From contig JBAZOQ010000001.1 of the NCBI GenBank assembly GCA_041648595.1, positions 14,002-78,001 on the forward strand: a stretch of DNA of 64,000 bases. The letters run 5' to 3'. The notes under the pieces are model-generated. The model made no database searches and was not told the DNA's origin. It saw only the letters and a list, made by a program, of their open reading frames with translations. The position numbers and the translations under genes were made by a program. Positions 52,620 to 62,878 of the stretch are shown here, one piece after another (within the stretch, counting starts at the first letter, position 1; the number at the start of each line of letters is the position of its first letter). The stretch is from Minisyncoccota bacterium. Lineage in GTDB: Bacteria > Patescibacteriota > Minisyncoccia > Phycocordibacterales > UBA9973.

Positions 52620-53492
52620 ATGAAAACCTTACGTGAATATGTAAAAGAAGCGGAAGAGAAGAAGGTAGCAATAGGTCATTTTAATATTTCAAATTTAGAA
52701 GCCTTGCATGGTATTTATAATGCAGCTAAGAAGTTAAATGTGCCTATAATAATTGGTCTTTCAGAAGGGGAAGAAAATTTTATAGGTAAAGAAGAAGCAG
52801 TAGCTTTAATAAAGGCTATTCGTGAGAGGGATGATTTTCCTATTTTTTTAAATGCAGATCATCATTATAGTTTTGAAAAAGTTAAAGAAGCGTTAGATGC
52901 TGGTTATGATGCAGCTATTATTGATTTAGTAAAATTACCACTTGAAGAAAATATTTTACTTACAAAAAAATGTGTTGATTATGCTAAAGAACTTTCTCAA
53001 AAAGAAAATAGAGATATTTTAGTTGAAGCAGAGCTTGGTTTCATTGGAACTTCTTCAAAAATTTTAGAGGAAATTCCAGAAGGGGTAAGTGAAGCGACTA
53101 TGACAAAAGCAGAAGATGCAAAATATTTTGTAGAAAAAACTGGTATTGATTTGTTGGCACCTTCTGTAGGAAATGTTCATGGAATGGTAAAAGGAGGAAA
53201 CCCTAGACTTAATATAGAAAGAATAAAAAAAATCCGTGCTACTTGTGGTGTACCTCTAGTATTACATGGAGGTTCAGGAATTTCGGATGAAGATTTTACG
53301 AATGCTATAAAAGCAGGTATTTCTATAGTTCATATTAATACTGAGATTCGTGTTGCTTATAAAGAAGCAATAGAAAAATATTTGAAAGAGAATCCAAATG
53401 AAGTTGCACCATATAAAATATTACAACATGCAGTAGAGGCTGTAGAAAAAGTAGTAGAAGCGCGATTGAAGCTTTTTAATAATTTAAAATAG
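52620..53492 (+). CDS. fba: Class II fructose-bisphosphate aldolase.
   Basis: MKTLREYVKEAEEKKVAIGHFNISNLE, metal-binding His region NADHHYSFE, LHGGSGISDEDF. Confidence 0.8.
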   Translation: MKTLREYVKEAEEKKVAIGHFNISNLEALHGIYNAAKKLNVPIIIGLSEGEENFIGKEEAVALIKAIRERDDFPIFLNADHHYSFEKVKEALDAGYDAAIIDLVKLPLEENILLTKKCVDYAKELSQKENRDILVEAELGFIGTSSKILEEIPEGVSEATMTKAEDAKYFVEKTGIDLLAPSVGNVHGMVKGGNPRLNIERIKKIRATCGVPLVLHGGSGISDEDFTNAIKAGISIVHINTEIRVAYKEAIEKYLKENPNEVAPYKILQHAVEAVEKVVEARLKLFNNLK

Positions 53493-53500
53493 AAAAAATT

Positions 53501-54091
53501 ATGGAGATAGAAAAACCTTCTTTTGAATTCAGAAAAGAAAAGATAAAATATCAAGGAGAAATCATTGAAGTAGTTCAAGAAACTTTTTTTTCTAATGATA
53601 AAGAGATTAATTTAGAGAAAGGAAGAAGATCTCCAGGTGTTAGATTAATAATAGAAGCACCTGACGGAAAATTTTTAATAAGTAAAGAAGAAAGGCCAAG
53701 ATTTGGTTTAGATTATAGATTGCCAGGTGGTAAGGTTTTTAATTCGCTTTCTGAATTTAATGAATTTTTAAAATCAAAAAAAGATTTAAAGGAAATTTTA
53801 GAAAAAGCGAAAGAAGCAGCAATAAATGAAGCAAAAGAAGAAGTAGGAATTAATCCAACAGAAATGGAAGAATTTTATATCTCTCATTGCGGTGGAAGTT
53901 TTGAATGGGATTTACATTATTTTATTGTTAAAAAATATGAAGAAGTTGGACAAAGTCTTGAAGAACATGAAAAGATAGAACCAACAGTATTATCGAAAGA
54001 AGAATTATTAGAAATAATTTTTTCTGGACAAATGAAAGAAGATAGAAGTGTCGCTGTATTATTAAAATATTTACATAGTAAAGAAAAATAA
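53501..54091 (+). CDS. NUDIX hydrolase (Nudix box interrupted by an insertion).
   Basis: GGKV......E.AAINEAKEEVGI with a roughly 20-aa insertion between GG and the REx2EE part. Confidence 0.5.
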   Translation: MEIEKPSFEFRKEKIKYQGEIIEVVQETFFSNDKEINLEKGRRSPGVRLIIEAPDGKFLISKEERPRFGLDYRLPGGKVFNSLSEFNEFLKSKKDLKEILEKAKEAAINEAKEEVGINPTEMEEFYISHCGGSFEWDLHYFIVKKYEEVGQSLEEHEKIEPTVLSKEELLEIIFSGQMKEDRSVAVLLKYLHSKEK

Positions 54092-54167
54092 AAATGTTTT
54101 CACAGATTTTTAACACAATTAAAAGTTTTTTACACATAATTCAAATATTTTTTGATTAAAAAAATGC

Positions 54168-54956
54168 ATGAAAGAAAAGATAGAAATTCAAAATAGAAAA
54201 AATAAAAAAATAGTTGTTGAAATTAATACGCCAGAAAATGTGAAAGGTTTATCTTTTACGTTACATGGTCTTGGTGGTTTTAAAGAACAAATACATATAA
54301 TGGCTCTTTTAGATACACTTTTAAAAAATAATTATATTGTAGTTAATTTTGATGCAACTAATTCTATTGGTGAAAGTGATGGCAAATATGAAGAAGCAAC
54401 AATGCAAAATCACTATGAAGATTTAGTTGATGTTATTAACTGGGCAAAAACTCAGAATTGGTACAAAGAGCCATTTATTTTAGCAGGGCATAGTTTAGGA
54501 GGATTTGCTGTTGCAAAGTACGCAGAAGAATTTCCAAAAGAAGTTAAGGGGGTGTTTCCTTATGCCGCCGTCTATTCTGGTAAAAATAGCTTTGAAGCAT
54601 CAGAAAAATTCAAATCTGAAGAAATTAAAGCATGGAAAGAAACAGGTTGGACACACAGGACTAGTACTTCAAAGCCAGGTACAAAAATGAAACTCCCATG
54701 GTCTCATATGGAAGAAAGACTTAAACATGACTTAAAACCTATGGTTAATAAAATTACAATGCCTGTACTTTTTGTTGTTGGAGAAAATGATACTAGTTGT
54801 CCACCAGAGCATCAAAAAAATTTCTTTGATTTACTGCCAAAAGGAATAGAGAGAGAGTTTCATATTATTAAAGGTGCACCACATACTTTCCATGATTTAG
54901 AACACTTGAATCAATTAAAAGAAATTTTTGATAATTGGTTAAAGAAATTAAAATAA
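54168..54956 (+). CDS. Alpha/beta hydrolase fold protein.
   Basis: Nucleophile elbow GHSLGG. Asp and His candidates present. Confidence 0.6.
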   Translation: MKEKIEIQNRKNKKIVVEINTPENVKGLSFTLHGLGGFKEQIHIMALLDTLLKNNYIVVNFDATNSIGESDGKYEEATMQNHYEDLVDVINWAKTQNWYKEPFILAGHSLGGFAVAKYAEEFPKEVKGVFPYAAVYSGKNSFEASEKFKSEEIKAWKETGWTHRTSTSKPGTKMKLPWSHMEERLKHDLKPMVNKITMPVLFVVGENDTSCPPEHQKNFFDLLPKGIEREFHIIKGAPHTFHDLEHLNQLKEIFDNWLKKLK

Positions 54957-56762
54957 GTGAAAGAAGAAATACTAAAATTTTTTAATGGGGAAGTAGAAGA
55001 TAGCGAAGAAACACTTTTAAAATATTCGCGTGATGCGAGTATTTTTGAATTACGACCAAAGCTTGTTCTTTTCCCTTTGGACTCAAAAGATGTTCAGAAT
55101 TTAGTGAAATGGGTAAGTGAAAATAAAGATAAATATGCCGATCCTGAAAAAAATAAAGATTATAAAAATCTTTCCATTACTTGCAGATGCGCAGGAACAG
55201 ATATGTCAGGTGGTGCTATAGGTGAATCTTTGATTTTGGATTTCACTCGGCATATGAATAAGTTGATACGACCACCTCGCCCTTTGGGCACTCCTCCTTC
55301 AAAAGGAGGAGAAGATTTTTCTCCCCTCCTTGGTGAGGAGGGGGCTGGGGGTGGTGATTATTCCATCACTGTGCAGCCCGGTATGTTTTATCGAGATTTT
55401 GAAAAAATAACTTTAGAAAAAGGACTTATTTTGCCTTGTTACACTGCATCAAAGAGTTTGAATGCTATGGGTGGAATGTTTGGTAATAATTCGGCTGGAG
55501 AGCGAACTCTTAAATATGGGAAAACAGAAGATTATATTTTAGAAACAAAGATAGTTTTTTCTGATGGTAATGAATATATTATAAAACCATTAACTCAAAA
55601 TGAATTAACTAAAAAAATAATGCAGTCAAATTTTGAGAGTGAAATTTATAAAAATATTTATAATTTAATAAATGAAAATAAAGAAGAAATAAAAAATGCC
55701 AAACCAGCGGTCAGTAAAAATTCTGCAGGATATTATATTTGGAATGTAATTGGAGATTTTTTTGATTTAAACAAACTTTTAGTTGGTTCTCAAGGCACAT
55801 TGGGTATAGCTACCGAAATTACTTTTAAACTTGTTAAAAATCCTAAACATTCTAAACTTGTAGTTATTTTTGTTAATGGATTAGAACCATTGGGTCGTCT
55901 TGTGGATGAAATTTTACAATTTAAACCAGAAACACTTGAGACATATGATGATAAAACTATAAAATTAGCAGTTAGATTTTTTCCAGATTTTCTTAAAAAT
56001 AAAGGTCTTCTTGGTATGATAAAATTTATGTGGAGTTTTTTACCTGAATTGAAAATGATGTTCAATAGTCTTTTTGGGGGTGGTTTCCCAAAATTAATTA
56101 TTCTTGCAGAGTTTGCTGGTGAAGATGAATCTATGATAGACAGGCAATGTATTTCTTTAAAAGAAAAGATTTCCGCCAAAGGCGGACCAGCCTCAGGCTG
56201 GAAAAATATAAATGTTCATATTACAAAGTCAGAGATAGAAGCAAATAAATATTGGGATATTAGAAGAGAAAGTTTTTCTTTACTACGTAAACATGTCAAA
56301 GGTCTTCATACTGCTCCATTTATAGATGATATTATAGTTCGTCCAGAATTTTTGCCAAAATTTATTCCTGAGCTTAATCAAATTTTTTCAAAATATGATT
56401 TGAATTATACAATAGCAGGACATATAGGAGATGGTAATCTTCACGTCATTCCTCTTATGGATTTTAAACATCCTGATACACCTAAAATAATAATAGAACT
56501 TGGAGAGAAAGTGTATGATCTTATTATAAAATATCATGGTTCTATTACAGCAGAACACAATGATGGTATAGTTCGTACTTTATATTTAGAAAAAATGTAC
56601 GGGAAAAAGATGGTTGCAATTTTTGGAGAAATAAAAAAAATATTTGATTTGAAAAATATTTTTAATCCAGGTAAAAAAACATTTTCAGAAGATGGTGGTG
56701 GAACAAAAGAATATATGATTTCACATATTGCACTGGAACATAGCGTAATACATAAAGTTTAA
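54957..56762 (+). CDS. FAD-linked oxidase (PCMH-type FAD-binding domain plus FAD-oxidase C-terminal domain; glycolate oxidase GlcD / D-lactate dehydrogenase-like) with a roughly 30-aa GC-rich insertion.
   Basis: FAD-binding N-terminus and C-terminal GHIGDGNLHV. The insertion is RPPRPLGTPPSKGGEDFSPLLGEEGAGGGD. Confidence 0.7.
   Translation: MKEEILKFFNGEVEDSEETLLKYSRDASIFELRPKLVLFPLDSKDVQNLVKWVSENKDKYADPEKNKDYKNLSITCRCAGTDMSGGAIGESLILDFTRHMNKLIRPPRPLGTPPSKGGEDFSPLLGEEGAGGGDYSITVQPGMFYRDFEKITLEKGLILPCYTASKSLNAMGGMFGNNSAGERTLKYGKTEDYILETKIVFSDGNEYIIKPLTQNELTKKIMQSNFESEIYKNIYNLINENKEEIKNAKPAVSKNSAGYYIWNVIGDFFDLNKLLVGSQGTLGIATEITFKLVKNPKHSKLVVIFVNGLEPLGRLVDEILQFKPETLETYDDKTIKLAVRFFPDFLKNKGLLGMIKFMWSFLPELKMMFNSLFGGGFPKLIILAEFAGEDESMIDRQCISLKEKISAKGGPASGWKNINVHITKSEIEANKYWDIRRESFSLLRKHVKGLHTAPFIDDIIVRPEFLPKFIPELNQIFSKYDLNYTIAGHIGDGNLHVIPLMDFKHPDTPKIIIELGEKVYDLIIKYHGSITAEHNDGIVRTLYLEKMYGKKMVAIFGEIKKIFDLKNIFNPGKKTFSEDGGGTKEYMISHIALEHSVIHKV
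55271..55368 (+). repeat. GC-rich insertion of about 100 bp in the FAD oxidase gene, containing nested palindromes CTCCTCCTT-caa-AAGGAGGAG and CCCCTCC-ttggtga-GGAGGGG.
   Basis: Read directly. More than 60% GC against about 30% in the gene. Confidence 0.65.
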
Positions 56763-56810
56763 AAATCAATTTATATTTGCTTTTTTTATATTTTTATATA
56801 TAATGTTTTT

Positions 56811-57476
56811 ATGTTTGTAATTAAAGCTAAAAAAAGAAACGAAGGTATTAATTTAGATACATTAAGAAATGAAGGAGAGATTCCAGCTGTTTTTTATGGT
56901 ATGGGAAAAGCTACTACTTCTATTTCTATACCGACAGTTGAATTTAAAAAAATTTGGAGAGAAGCAGGAGAATCTTCTACTATAAAAGTATCAATCGGTG
57001 ATAATAACATTGATGTTTTAATTCATGATGTACAAGTACATCCAGTTACAGATGAGCCTATTCATGTAGATTTTCTTGTTGTAGATATGAATAAAAAGAT
57101 TAAAGTTAATGTACCACTAGAATATATTGGAATATCTAATGTTGTAAAGAATGGTTTAGGAAATCTTGTAAAAGTACTTCATGAAGTAGAAATTGAAGCA
57201 TTACCAAAAGATCTTCCACATAATCTTATTATTGATATATCTAAACTAGAAACAATAGATGACCAAGTTTTTGTCTCTGATATAAAATTACCTATTGGTG
57301 TTGTTTTAATTACTGATCTAAACGAAGTTGTTGCTTCTGTTGTTCTTCAAGTAGAAGAAAAAGAAGAAGTCATTGCTCCAATTGATTTATCTGCAATTGA
57401 AGTTGAAAAGAAAGGTAAGAAAGAAGAGGAAGGAGGAGAAGCAGTAGAATCTGAAGTAGAAGCAGAAAAGAAATAA
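56811..57476 (+). CDS. rplY: 50S ribosomal protein L25 / general stress protein Ctc.
   Basis: N-terminus KAKKRNEGINLDTLRNEGEIPAVFYG and acidic C-terminal tail. Confidence 0.8.
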   Translation: MFVIKAKKRNEGINLDTLRNEGEIPAVFYGMGKATTSISIPTVEFKKIWREAGESSTIKVSIGDNNIDVLIHDVQVHPVTDEPIHVDFLVVDMNKKIKVNVPLEYIGISNVVKNGLGNLVKVLHEVEIEALPKDLPHNLIIDISKLETIDDQVFVSDIKLPIGVVLITDLNEVVASVVLQVEEKEEVIAPIDLSAIEVEKKGKKEEEGGEAVESEVEAEKK

Positions 57477-57523
57477 TCTTCCAAAGGCGGACAGGTTTTC
57501 TAAAATATGTTAAAATAAAGACT

Positions 57524-58879
57524 ATGGTCAAGAAGATTGCCATAGTTTTTATTTTTGTATTACTTTTAACTTTTGGAACACCAAAGGCATCTTTGTCTTT
57601 TGATTGCGAAAAAGATTTAAATAGTAGCTCTTCAGCTAGTCAAAGGCGATCTTGTCAAAATGAACTTGATAAATTATTACAAGAACAAGCTGACTTAGAA
57701 GCTAAATTAAAAGAACAAAATAAACAAACAGGTACTCTTAAGGGAGATGTGATAGCGCTTACTACTCAAATCAATGCTTTAAAAACTAAAGTAAAAGCAA
57801 GAGCGTTAATAATAGCAGAATTAAAAGTTGATATAAATGACAAGGTTTCAAAAATAGAAACACTGTCTGGAAAAATAGAACGTGAACACGTATCTCTTGC
57901 TCAATTATTAAGAAATACAAATGATTTTGATAATCAGGATTTTATTTATTTAATATTTTCTGACGAAAGTCTTTCTACTTTTTATAGTGATCTTGAATCT
58001 TATGCTTCTATTAAACAAGCTATAAAAATGTCAGTGGATCAAATTAGGGGTATAAAAACTGAAACAGAAATAGAAAAAAAGGGTCTTGAAAAAAAACAGA
58101 ATGCAGAAACAGATGCTAAAGCTGAACTTGAAAGTGCACAAAAAAAGGTTGTACAAAGTGAAGCTGAAAAGAAAAAACTTTTAGTAATAAGTACACAAAC
58201 AGCAAGTGCTTATCAACTGTTGGCTGCAGACAGAAAAGCAAGAGCAGCAAAAATTCGTAGTGCTTTATTTAACTTAGCTGGTATTTCACAAAAAATTGAA
58301 TTTGGAACAGCATTGGAATATGCAAATGAAGCAAAAAATAAAACCGGTATTGATCCTGCATTTTTACTCGCTATTCTTACACAAGAAAGTAATTTGGGAG
58401 CAAATGTTGGCCAGTGTTATTTGACTAATGTTGATACAGGAGAAGGTGCTGGTAAAAATACAGGAACTTATTTTAAAAATGTAATGAAGCCAACCCGTGA
58501 TGTAGGACCATTTTTGGAGATAACTAACAATCTTGGTTTTGATGCATTTAAGACTGCTGTATCTTGTCCTATTGCTGGAGTAGCTGGATGGGGAGGTGCA
58601 ATGGGGCCAGCTCAATTTATTCCTTCGACATGGAAATTATTTGAAAATCGTTTAAAAAATCTTTTAGGATATTTTGCTAGTCCTTGGGCTCCTAAAGATT
58701 CTTTTATGGCTTCATCTTTATATCTCACAGATCTTGGAGCGGTGGGTACTAGTGCTAGTGCTCAAAATAGAGCTGCTTGTAAATATTATGGTTCTGGAGG
58801 AGCAACATGTTCATATAGTAATAGTGTTATGAAATTAAAATCTACAATACAAGATAATATAGATTTGCTTTCGAGTTAA
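57524..58879 (+). CDS. Secreted coiled-coil protein with C-terminal lysozyme/transglycosylase-like domain (putative peptidoglycan hydrolase).
   Basis: Signal peptide, long coiled coil, C-terminal AFLLAILTQESNLGANVGQCY resembling the catalytic E-S region of lytic transglycosylases. Confidence 0.45.
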   Translation: MVKKIAIVFIFVLLLTFGTPKASLSFDCEKDLNSSSSASQRRSCQNELDKLLQEQADLEAKLKEQNKQTGTLKGDVIALTTQINALKTKVKARALIIAELKVDINDKVSKIETLSGKIEREHVSLAQLLRNTNDFDNQDFIYLIFSDESLSTFYSDLESYASIKQAIKMSVDQIRGIKTETEIEKKGLEKKQNAETDAKAELESAQKKVVQSEAEKKKLLVISTQTASAYQLLAADRKARAAKIRSALFNLAGISQKIEFGTALEYANEAKNKTGIDPAFLLAILTQESNLGANVGQCYLTNVDTGEGAGKNTGTYFKNVMKPTRDVGPFLEITNNLGFDAFKTAVSCPIAGVAGWGGAMGPAQFIPSTWKLFENRLKNLLGYFASPWAPKDSFMASSLYLTDLGAVGTSASAQNRAACKYYGSGGATCSYSNSVMKLKSTIQDNIDLLSS

Positions 58880-58902
58880 ATTTGTGATACTCTCTCCTAG
58901 TA

Positions 58903-59127
58903 ATGAAAAAAGAAATACATCCAAAATATGATATTAAAGCTAAAGCTACTTGCGCATGTGGAGCTATTTTTGAAGTAGGTTCAACAATGCCTGAAATTAA
59001 AATGGAAATTTGTAGTCATTGCCATCCTTTTTATACTGGCAATGATAAAGTTATGGATACTGCTGGACGTGTAGAACGTTTCAATAAGCGTCGTGCTTTG
59101 GTTGCTAAAGTTAAAGCCAAGAAGTAA
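58903..59127 (+). CDS. rpmE: 50S ribosomal protein L31.
   Basis: MKKEIHPKY..CxC....CSHCHPFYTG zinc-ribbon L31 pattern. Confidence 0.8.
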   Translation: MKKEIHPKYDIKAKATCACGAIFEVGSTMPEIKMEICSHCHPFYTGNDKVMDTAGRVERFNKRRALVAKVKAKK

Positions 59128-60090
59128 ATGAATTTAGACGAATTAAAAAAAAATCATAATACAAGCTATTTGGCTAGTATTTTAGAGCGTCTTTTGCGTG
59201 AAGAAGAACAAGTTCGTGAAATGATGGGTGGTGATGATGATTTGCATGAGATGGCAGCGATTGAACTTAAGTCTATTCAAGAACAAAAAGAAGTTACAGA
59301 AAAACAGATTCAAGACATATTAGACAAGGATATCGAAGAAGAAGAAATGGCTAATGAAATAGTATTAGAAGTACGTGCTGGAGCTGGAGGAGACGAAGCT
59401 TCTCTTTTTGCTTGGGAGCTTGCACATATGTATGAATTATTTTCTGTGATGAAAGGTTGGCAATGGAAGACAAATTATGAATCAAAAAGTGAATTGGGTG
59501 GTTATAAAGAAGCGAGTTTTGAAATAAAGGGTAGAGATATTTATAAAATGATGCGTTATGAAACTGGAGTGCACAGGGTACAAAGAACACCTGCAACAGA
59601 AAAAAATGGACGAGTACATACTTCTACTGCATCTGTCGCTGTGCTTCCTATCAGAAGAAAAGTTTTATTTGAAATTAATCCAGCAGATTTAGATATGGAA
59701 TATTCTCGTTCAGGAGGAAAAGGAGGACAGAATGTAAATAAGGTTGAAACAGCAGTACGTCTCATTCATAAACCAACAGGCATAGACGTGCGTTCAACAA
59801 ATGAAAGAAGTCAACTTGCAAATCGTGAAAAAGCGATGATGATTTTAACTGCAAAACTTCAACAGTTAAAAGAAGAAGAAGAGGCTAAAAAATATGCTGG
59901 TGTAAGGAAAGATCAAATAGGTACTGGAGATAGATCAGAAAAAATTCGTACTTATAATTTTTCTCAAGATAGAGTAACAGATCATCGTATCAAAAAATCT
60001 TGGCATAACTTACCTAAAATAATGGGAGGATATATTGAAGAAATTGTTGATGCTTTACAGTCTGGTGAGACAGGGGATGAAGAAGAATAA
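59128..60090 (+). CDS. prfA: Peptide chain release factor 1.
   Basis: PAT tripeptide context [18 protein letters not shown] in [18 protein letters not shown]. No frameshift site. Confidence 0.8.
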   Translation: MNLDELKKNHNTSYLASILERLLREEEQVREMMGGDDDLHEMAAIELKSIQEQKEVTEKQIQDILDKDIEEEEMANEIVLEVRAGAGGDEASLFAWELAHMYELFSVMKGWQWKTNYESKSELGGYKEASFEIKGRDIYKMMRYETGVHRVQRTPATEKNGRVHTSTASVAVLPIRRKVLFEINPADLDMEYSRSGGKGGQNVNKVETAVRLIHKPTGIDVRSTNERSQLANREKAMMILTAKLQQLKEEEEAKKYAGVRKDQIGTGDRSEKIRTYNFSQDRVTDHRIKKSWHNLPKIMGGYIEEIVDALQSGETGDEEE

Positions 60091-60298
60091 AAAAGATTTT
60101 GCTTTTTATTTATGTATATGTAATACTTATTGTGTAGTTTCTCGAAAGAGCTTTTAAAGTTTTCGTTGTGAGTTTAGTGATATGTTTTTGCATCAAAGAG
60201 ATCATTGAGCGACAAGAGTATCTACGTTTTGGCATAAAGTCAAAACATTATAATTAGTTTTTGCTCATTTTTTTAAAAAACGAGAGAAGTAAAATAAT

Positions 60299-60640
60299 AT
60301 GGCTACAAAGCTATATGTAGGGGGACTCCCTTACAGTGTTCAAGAGGATGCTCTTAAAGAGCTCTTTGCACAAGCAGGTTTAGTAACATCTGCTGTGATT
60401 ATTATGGATAAGATGTCTGGTCGTTCAAAAGGTTTTGGATTTGTAGAAATGGCAACAGCAGAGGAAGCACAAGCTGCTATATCTATGTTCAATGATCAAG
60501 AATATGAAGGACGCAAACTTACAGTAAATGAGGCTCGTCCAATGGAAGCTCGTCCACCAAGACAAAGTGGTGGTGGATATGGTGGAAATAGTAATGGAGG
60601 ATACGGTGGAGGTAACCGTGGTGGACGCCGAGAATATTAA
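60299..60640 (+). CDS. RRM-type RNA-binding protein with glycine-rich C-terminus.
   Basis: RNP2 LYVGGL and RNP1 KGFGFVEM. C-terminal GGYGGNSNGGYGGGNRGGRR. Confidence 0.85.
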   Translation: MATKLYVGGLPYSVQEDALKELFAQAGLVTSAVIIMDKMSGRSKGFGFVEMATAEEAQAAISMFNDQEYEGRKLTVNEARPMEARPPRQSGGGYGGNSNGGYGGGNRGGRREY

Positions 60641-60656
60641 TCTGATTTATTTGTAC

Positions 60657-60683
60657 AAAAACCGCTTTTTAAGCGGTTTTTGT
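60657..60683 (+). terminator. Rho-independent terminator after the RRM gene (AAAAACCGCTT-ttt-AAGCGGTTTTT).
   Basis: Perfect 11-bp stem including the U tract. Confidence 0.7.
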
Positions 60684-60720
60684 TTGCAGATAGAAGGTAT
60701 ATTTGATATAGTCTTTTTAA

Positions 60721-60792
60721 GGGCGTGTAGTTCAGTGGTAGAACGCTGTCCTGATAAGACAGAGGCCGTAGGTCCGATTCCTACCACGCCCA
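60721..60792 (+). tRNA. tRNA-Ile (anticodon GAU).
   Basis: Acceptor GGGCGTG/CACGCCC, D arm GTTC/GAAC, anticodon loop CTGATAA, T arm GTAGG-TCCGATT-CCTAC. Confidence 0.75.
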
Positions 60793-60793
60793 C

Positions 60794-61075
60794 ATGGAGA
60801 CAGAAGGAAATAAAAATAAAAACAATAATTTGTCTCGCCAGAATGGAATTTGGTGGAAACCAGCAGTTGAAATATTTAGTGAAATATCAACTTGGATTGC
60901 AGTGCCAATAATTTTGGCAGTGATAGGAGGTAAAGCCCTAGATGAACGTTATGGTACAAAGCCATATTTACTTCTAGTATTGTCTGGTGTAGCTTTTTTA
61001 TTTTCAGCTTATGGTATTGTAAAAGCTGTAAAAAAATATGCAGCTAAAATAAAAAAAGAAGAAGAGAAAAAATAA
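60794..61075 (+). CDS. AtpZ/AtpI-like small membrane protein preceding the F-type ATPase genes.
   Basis: Two TM helices. Position immediately upstream of atpB. Its ATG starts 1 nt after the tRNA-Ile 3' end. Confidence 0.5.
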   Translation: METEGNKNKNNNLSRQNGIWWKPAVEIFSEISTWIAVPIILAVIGGKALDERYGTKPYLLLVLSGVAFLFSAYGIVKAVKKYAAKIKKEEEKK

Positions 61076-61078
61076 TTT

Positions 61079-61981
61079 ATGGAACAAGAAAAAAATTTAG
61101 TAACACAAACAACAGCAACAGAAGAAATATCTCACGACTCTACGCTTTTTGCTGAACCTATTTATCATTTCAATAATTTTACAATTACAAATGCTCTTTT
61201 CACGAGCTGGATAGTTGTGATTTTTATTATTGTTATGTCTTTCATACTTCGTTCTAAGCTTCGAGAAGTTCCTGGAAAAATTCAAAATCTTTTTGAAATT
61301 GTTATAGATGGAGCACTTTCTTTATGTGATCAAGTTACAAACGATAGAGCTCTTTCTTTGAAAATTTTTCCAATTGCTATTTCTGTATTTATTTTTATTC
61401 TTATTAATAATTGGATTGGATTGATTCCACTAGGAGGTTTGGGATTAATAGAAAAAGGAGAAGAGGGTCTTGCTTTTATACCATTTCTTCGTGGTGGTAC
61501 AGCTGATATTAATACAACTATTGCATTGGCTTTGATGGCTGTTTTAGGTGCAAATATGTTTGGTGTTTTTTCTATAGGAATATGGAAAACTTTTAATAAA
61601 TATGTTAATCTGAAAGTAATTGGACAAATGGGGAAAAAACTACGTAAAGACCCAACAATTATAATTGTTGCTCCAATTACGTTCTTTGTAGGATTAATTG
61701 AAATTGTTGGTGAATTTGCAAAAGTTGCATCATTATCTTTTCGTCTTTTTGGTAATGTCTTTGCAGGAGAAGTCTTGCTCGTTTCTATGGCGGCATTAGT
61801 TGGATATGTTGTACCAATACCATTTCTTTTTTTAGAAATACTTGTTGGAGTCATTCAAGCGCTTATTTTTTCAATTTTATTGGTTGTTTATTTTACAATT
61901 GCATCTACAGATCACGATGAACACGAAGAAACACATCACAAAGAAGAGTCGATTATTATTAATAATAGTATTCCGATCTAG
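61079..61981 (+). CDS. atpB: F0F1 ATP synthase subunit a.
   Basis: Conserved Arg region LSFRLFGNVFAGEVLL and multiple TM helices. Confidence 0.85.
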   Translation: MEQEKNLVTQTTATEEISHDSTLFAEPIYHFNNFTITNALFTSWIVVIFIIVMSFILRSKLREVPGKIQNLFEIVIDGALSLCDQVTNDRALSLKIFPIAISVFIFILINNWIGLIPLGGLGLIEKGEEGLAFIPFLRGGTADINTTIALALMAVLGANMFGVFSIGIWKTFNKYVNLKVIGQMGKKLRKDPTIIIVAPITFFVGLIEIVGEFAKVASLSFRLFGNVFAGEVLLVSMAALVGYVVPIPFLFLEILVGVIQALIFSILLVVYFTIASTDHDEHEETHHKEESIIINNSIPI

Positions 61982-62209
<228 letters not shown>

Positions 62210-62212
62210 AAT

Positions 62213-62300
62213 TCCCCTCTTGAGGGGTGCCCCTCGGGCGGGGTGGATGAATATTTCCACCTCCCCCTAAAGGGTACTCCTCAAGAGGAGAATAAACCCA
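62213..62300 (+). promoter_or_regulatory. GC-rich structured intergenic element between atpE and atpF, with palindromes CCCCTCTTGAGGGG and CTCCTCAAGAGGAG and a GGTGGA..TCCACC stem.
   Basis: Read directly. More than 55% GC in a roughly 90-nt stretch. Confidence 0.45.
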
Positions 62301-62792
62301 ATGGATTCAATCATTAACACATTTCACATAGATTTTAAAATTATTATTGCTCAAATTTTTAATTTTGTGATAGTTTTTGTTGTTTTATACATATATGCTC
62401 TTAAGCCATTAAATAAATTAATGAAGGAGCGTTCTGAAAAAATATCAAAAGGTATTGATGATGCTAAAATAAATGCAGAAATTTTAAATAATACAAAAGC
62501 AGAATATGAAGAAGTTTTAGTAAAAGCTCGTAATGAAGCATATAAGATATGGGAAGTTGGAAAAAAAGAATCAGAAGCAAAAAAAATTTTAATGTTAGAA
62601 AAAGCAAAAGAAGAAGTTGATATTATGATAGATAATGGAAAAAAGAATCTTGAAAATGAAAAAATAAAAATGGTAGCCGAAGCCAGAGAAGAAATCACTA
62701 CTCTTTCCATAAAAATAGCAGAAAAAATACTTGGTAAAAATTTAGATAAAAATTTTGATGAGAAAACAATGAAAGAATTAAATAATATATAA
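62301..62792 (+). CDS. atpF: F0F1 ATP synthase subunit b.
   Basis: N-terminal TM helix then a long charged helix. Position in the operon. Confidence 0.75.
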   Translation: MDSIINTFHIDFKIIIAQIFNFVIVFVVLYIYALKPLNKLMKERSEKISKGIDDAKINAEILNNTKAEYEEVLVKARNEAYKIWEVGKKESEAKKILMLEKAKEEVDIMIDNGKKNLENEKIKMVAEAREEITTLSIKIAEKILGKNLDKNFDEKTMKELNNI

Positions 62793-62793
62793 A

Positions 62794-62870
62794 TCCACCA
62801 AAATTTTTCACGAAAATAAAATTATGTTAACAAATATTAAAATTATATATATTAAAAAAATTTAGGCGGA
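62794..62870 (+). mobile_element. MITE-like TIR element, family 2 copy 3 (77 bp). TIRs are TCCACCAAAATTTTTCAC / AAAAAATTTAGGCGGA. Flanked by TAAA direct repeat (the 5' copy contains the atpF TAA stop). AGGCGGA lies 8 nt upstream of atpH ATG 62879.
   Basis: Read directly. Confidence 0.55.
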
Positions 62871-62878
62871 TAAAAAAT

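Noticed and set aside
60528-60911. 127-aa ORF spanning the RRM gene 3' end, the terminator, tRNA-Ile and the atpZ start.
   Set aside because: It reads through a rho-independent terminator and a tRNA gene and is not a plausible protein.
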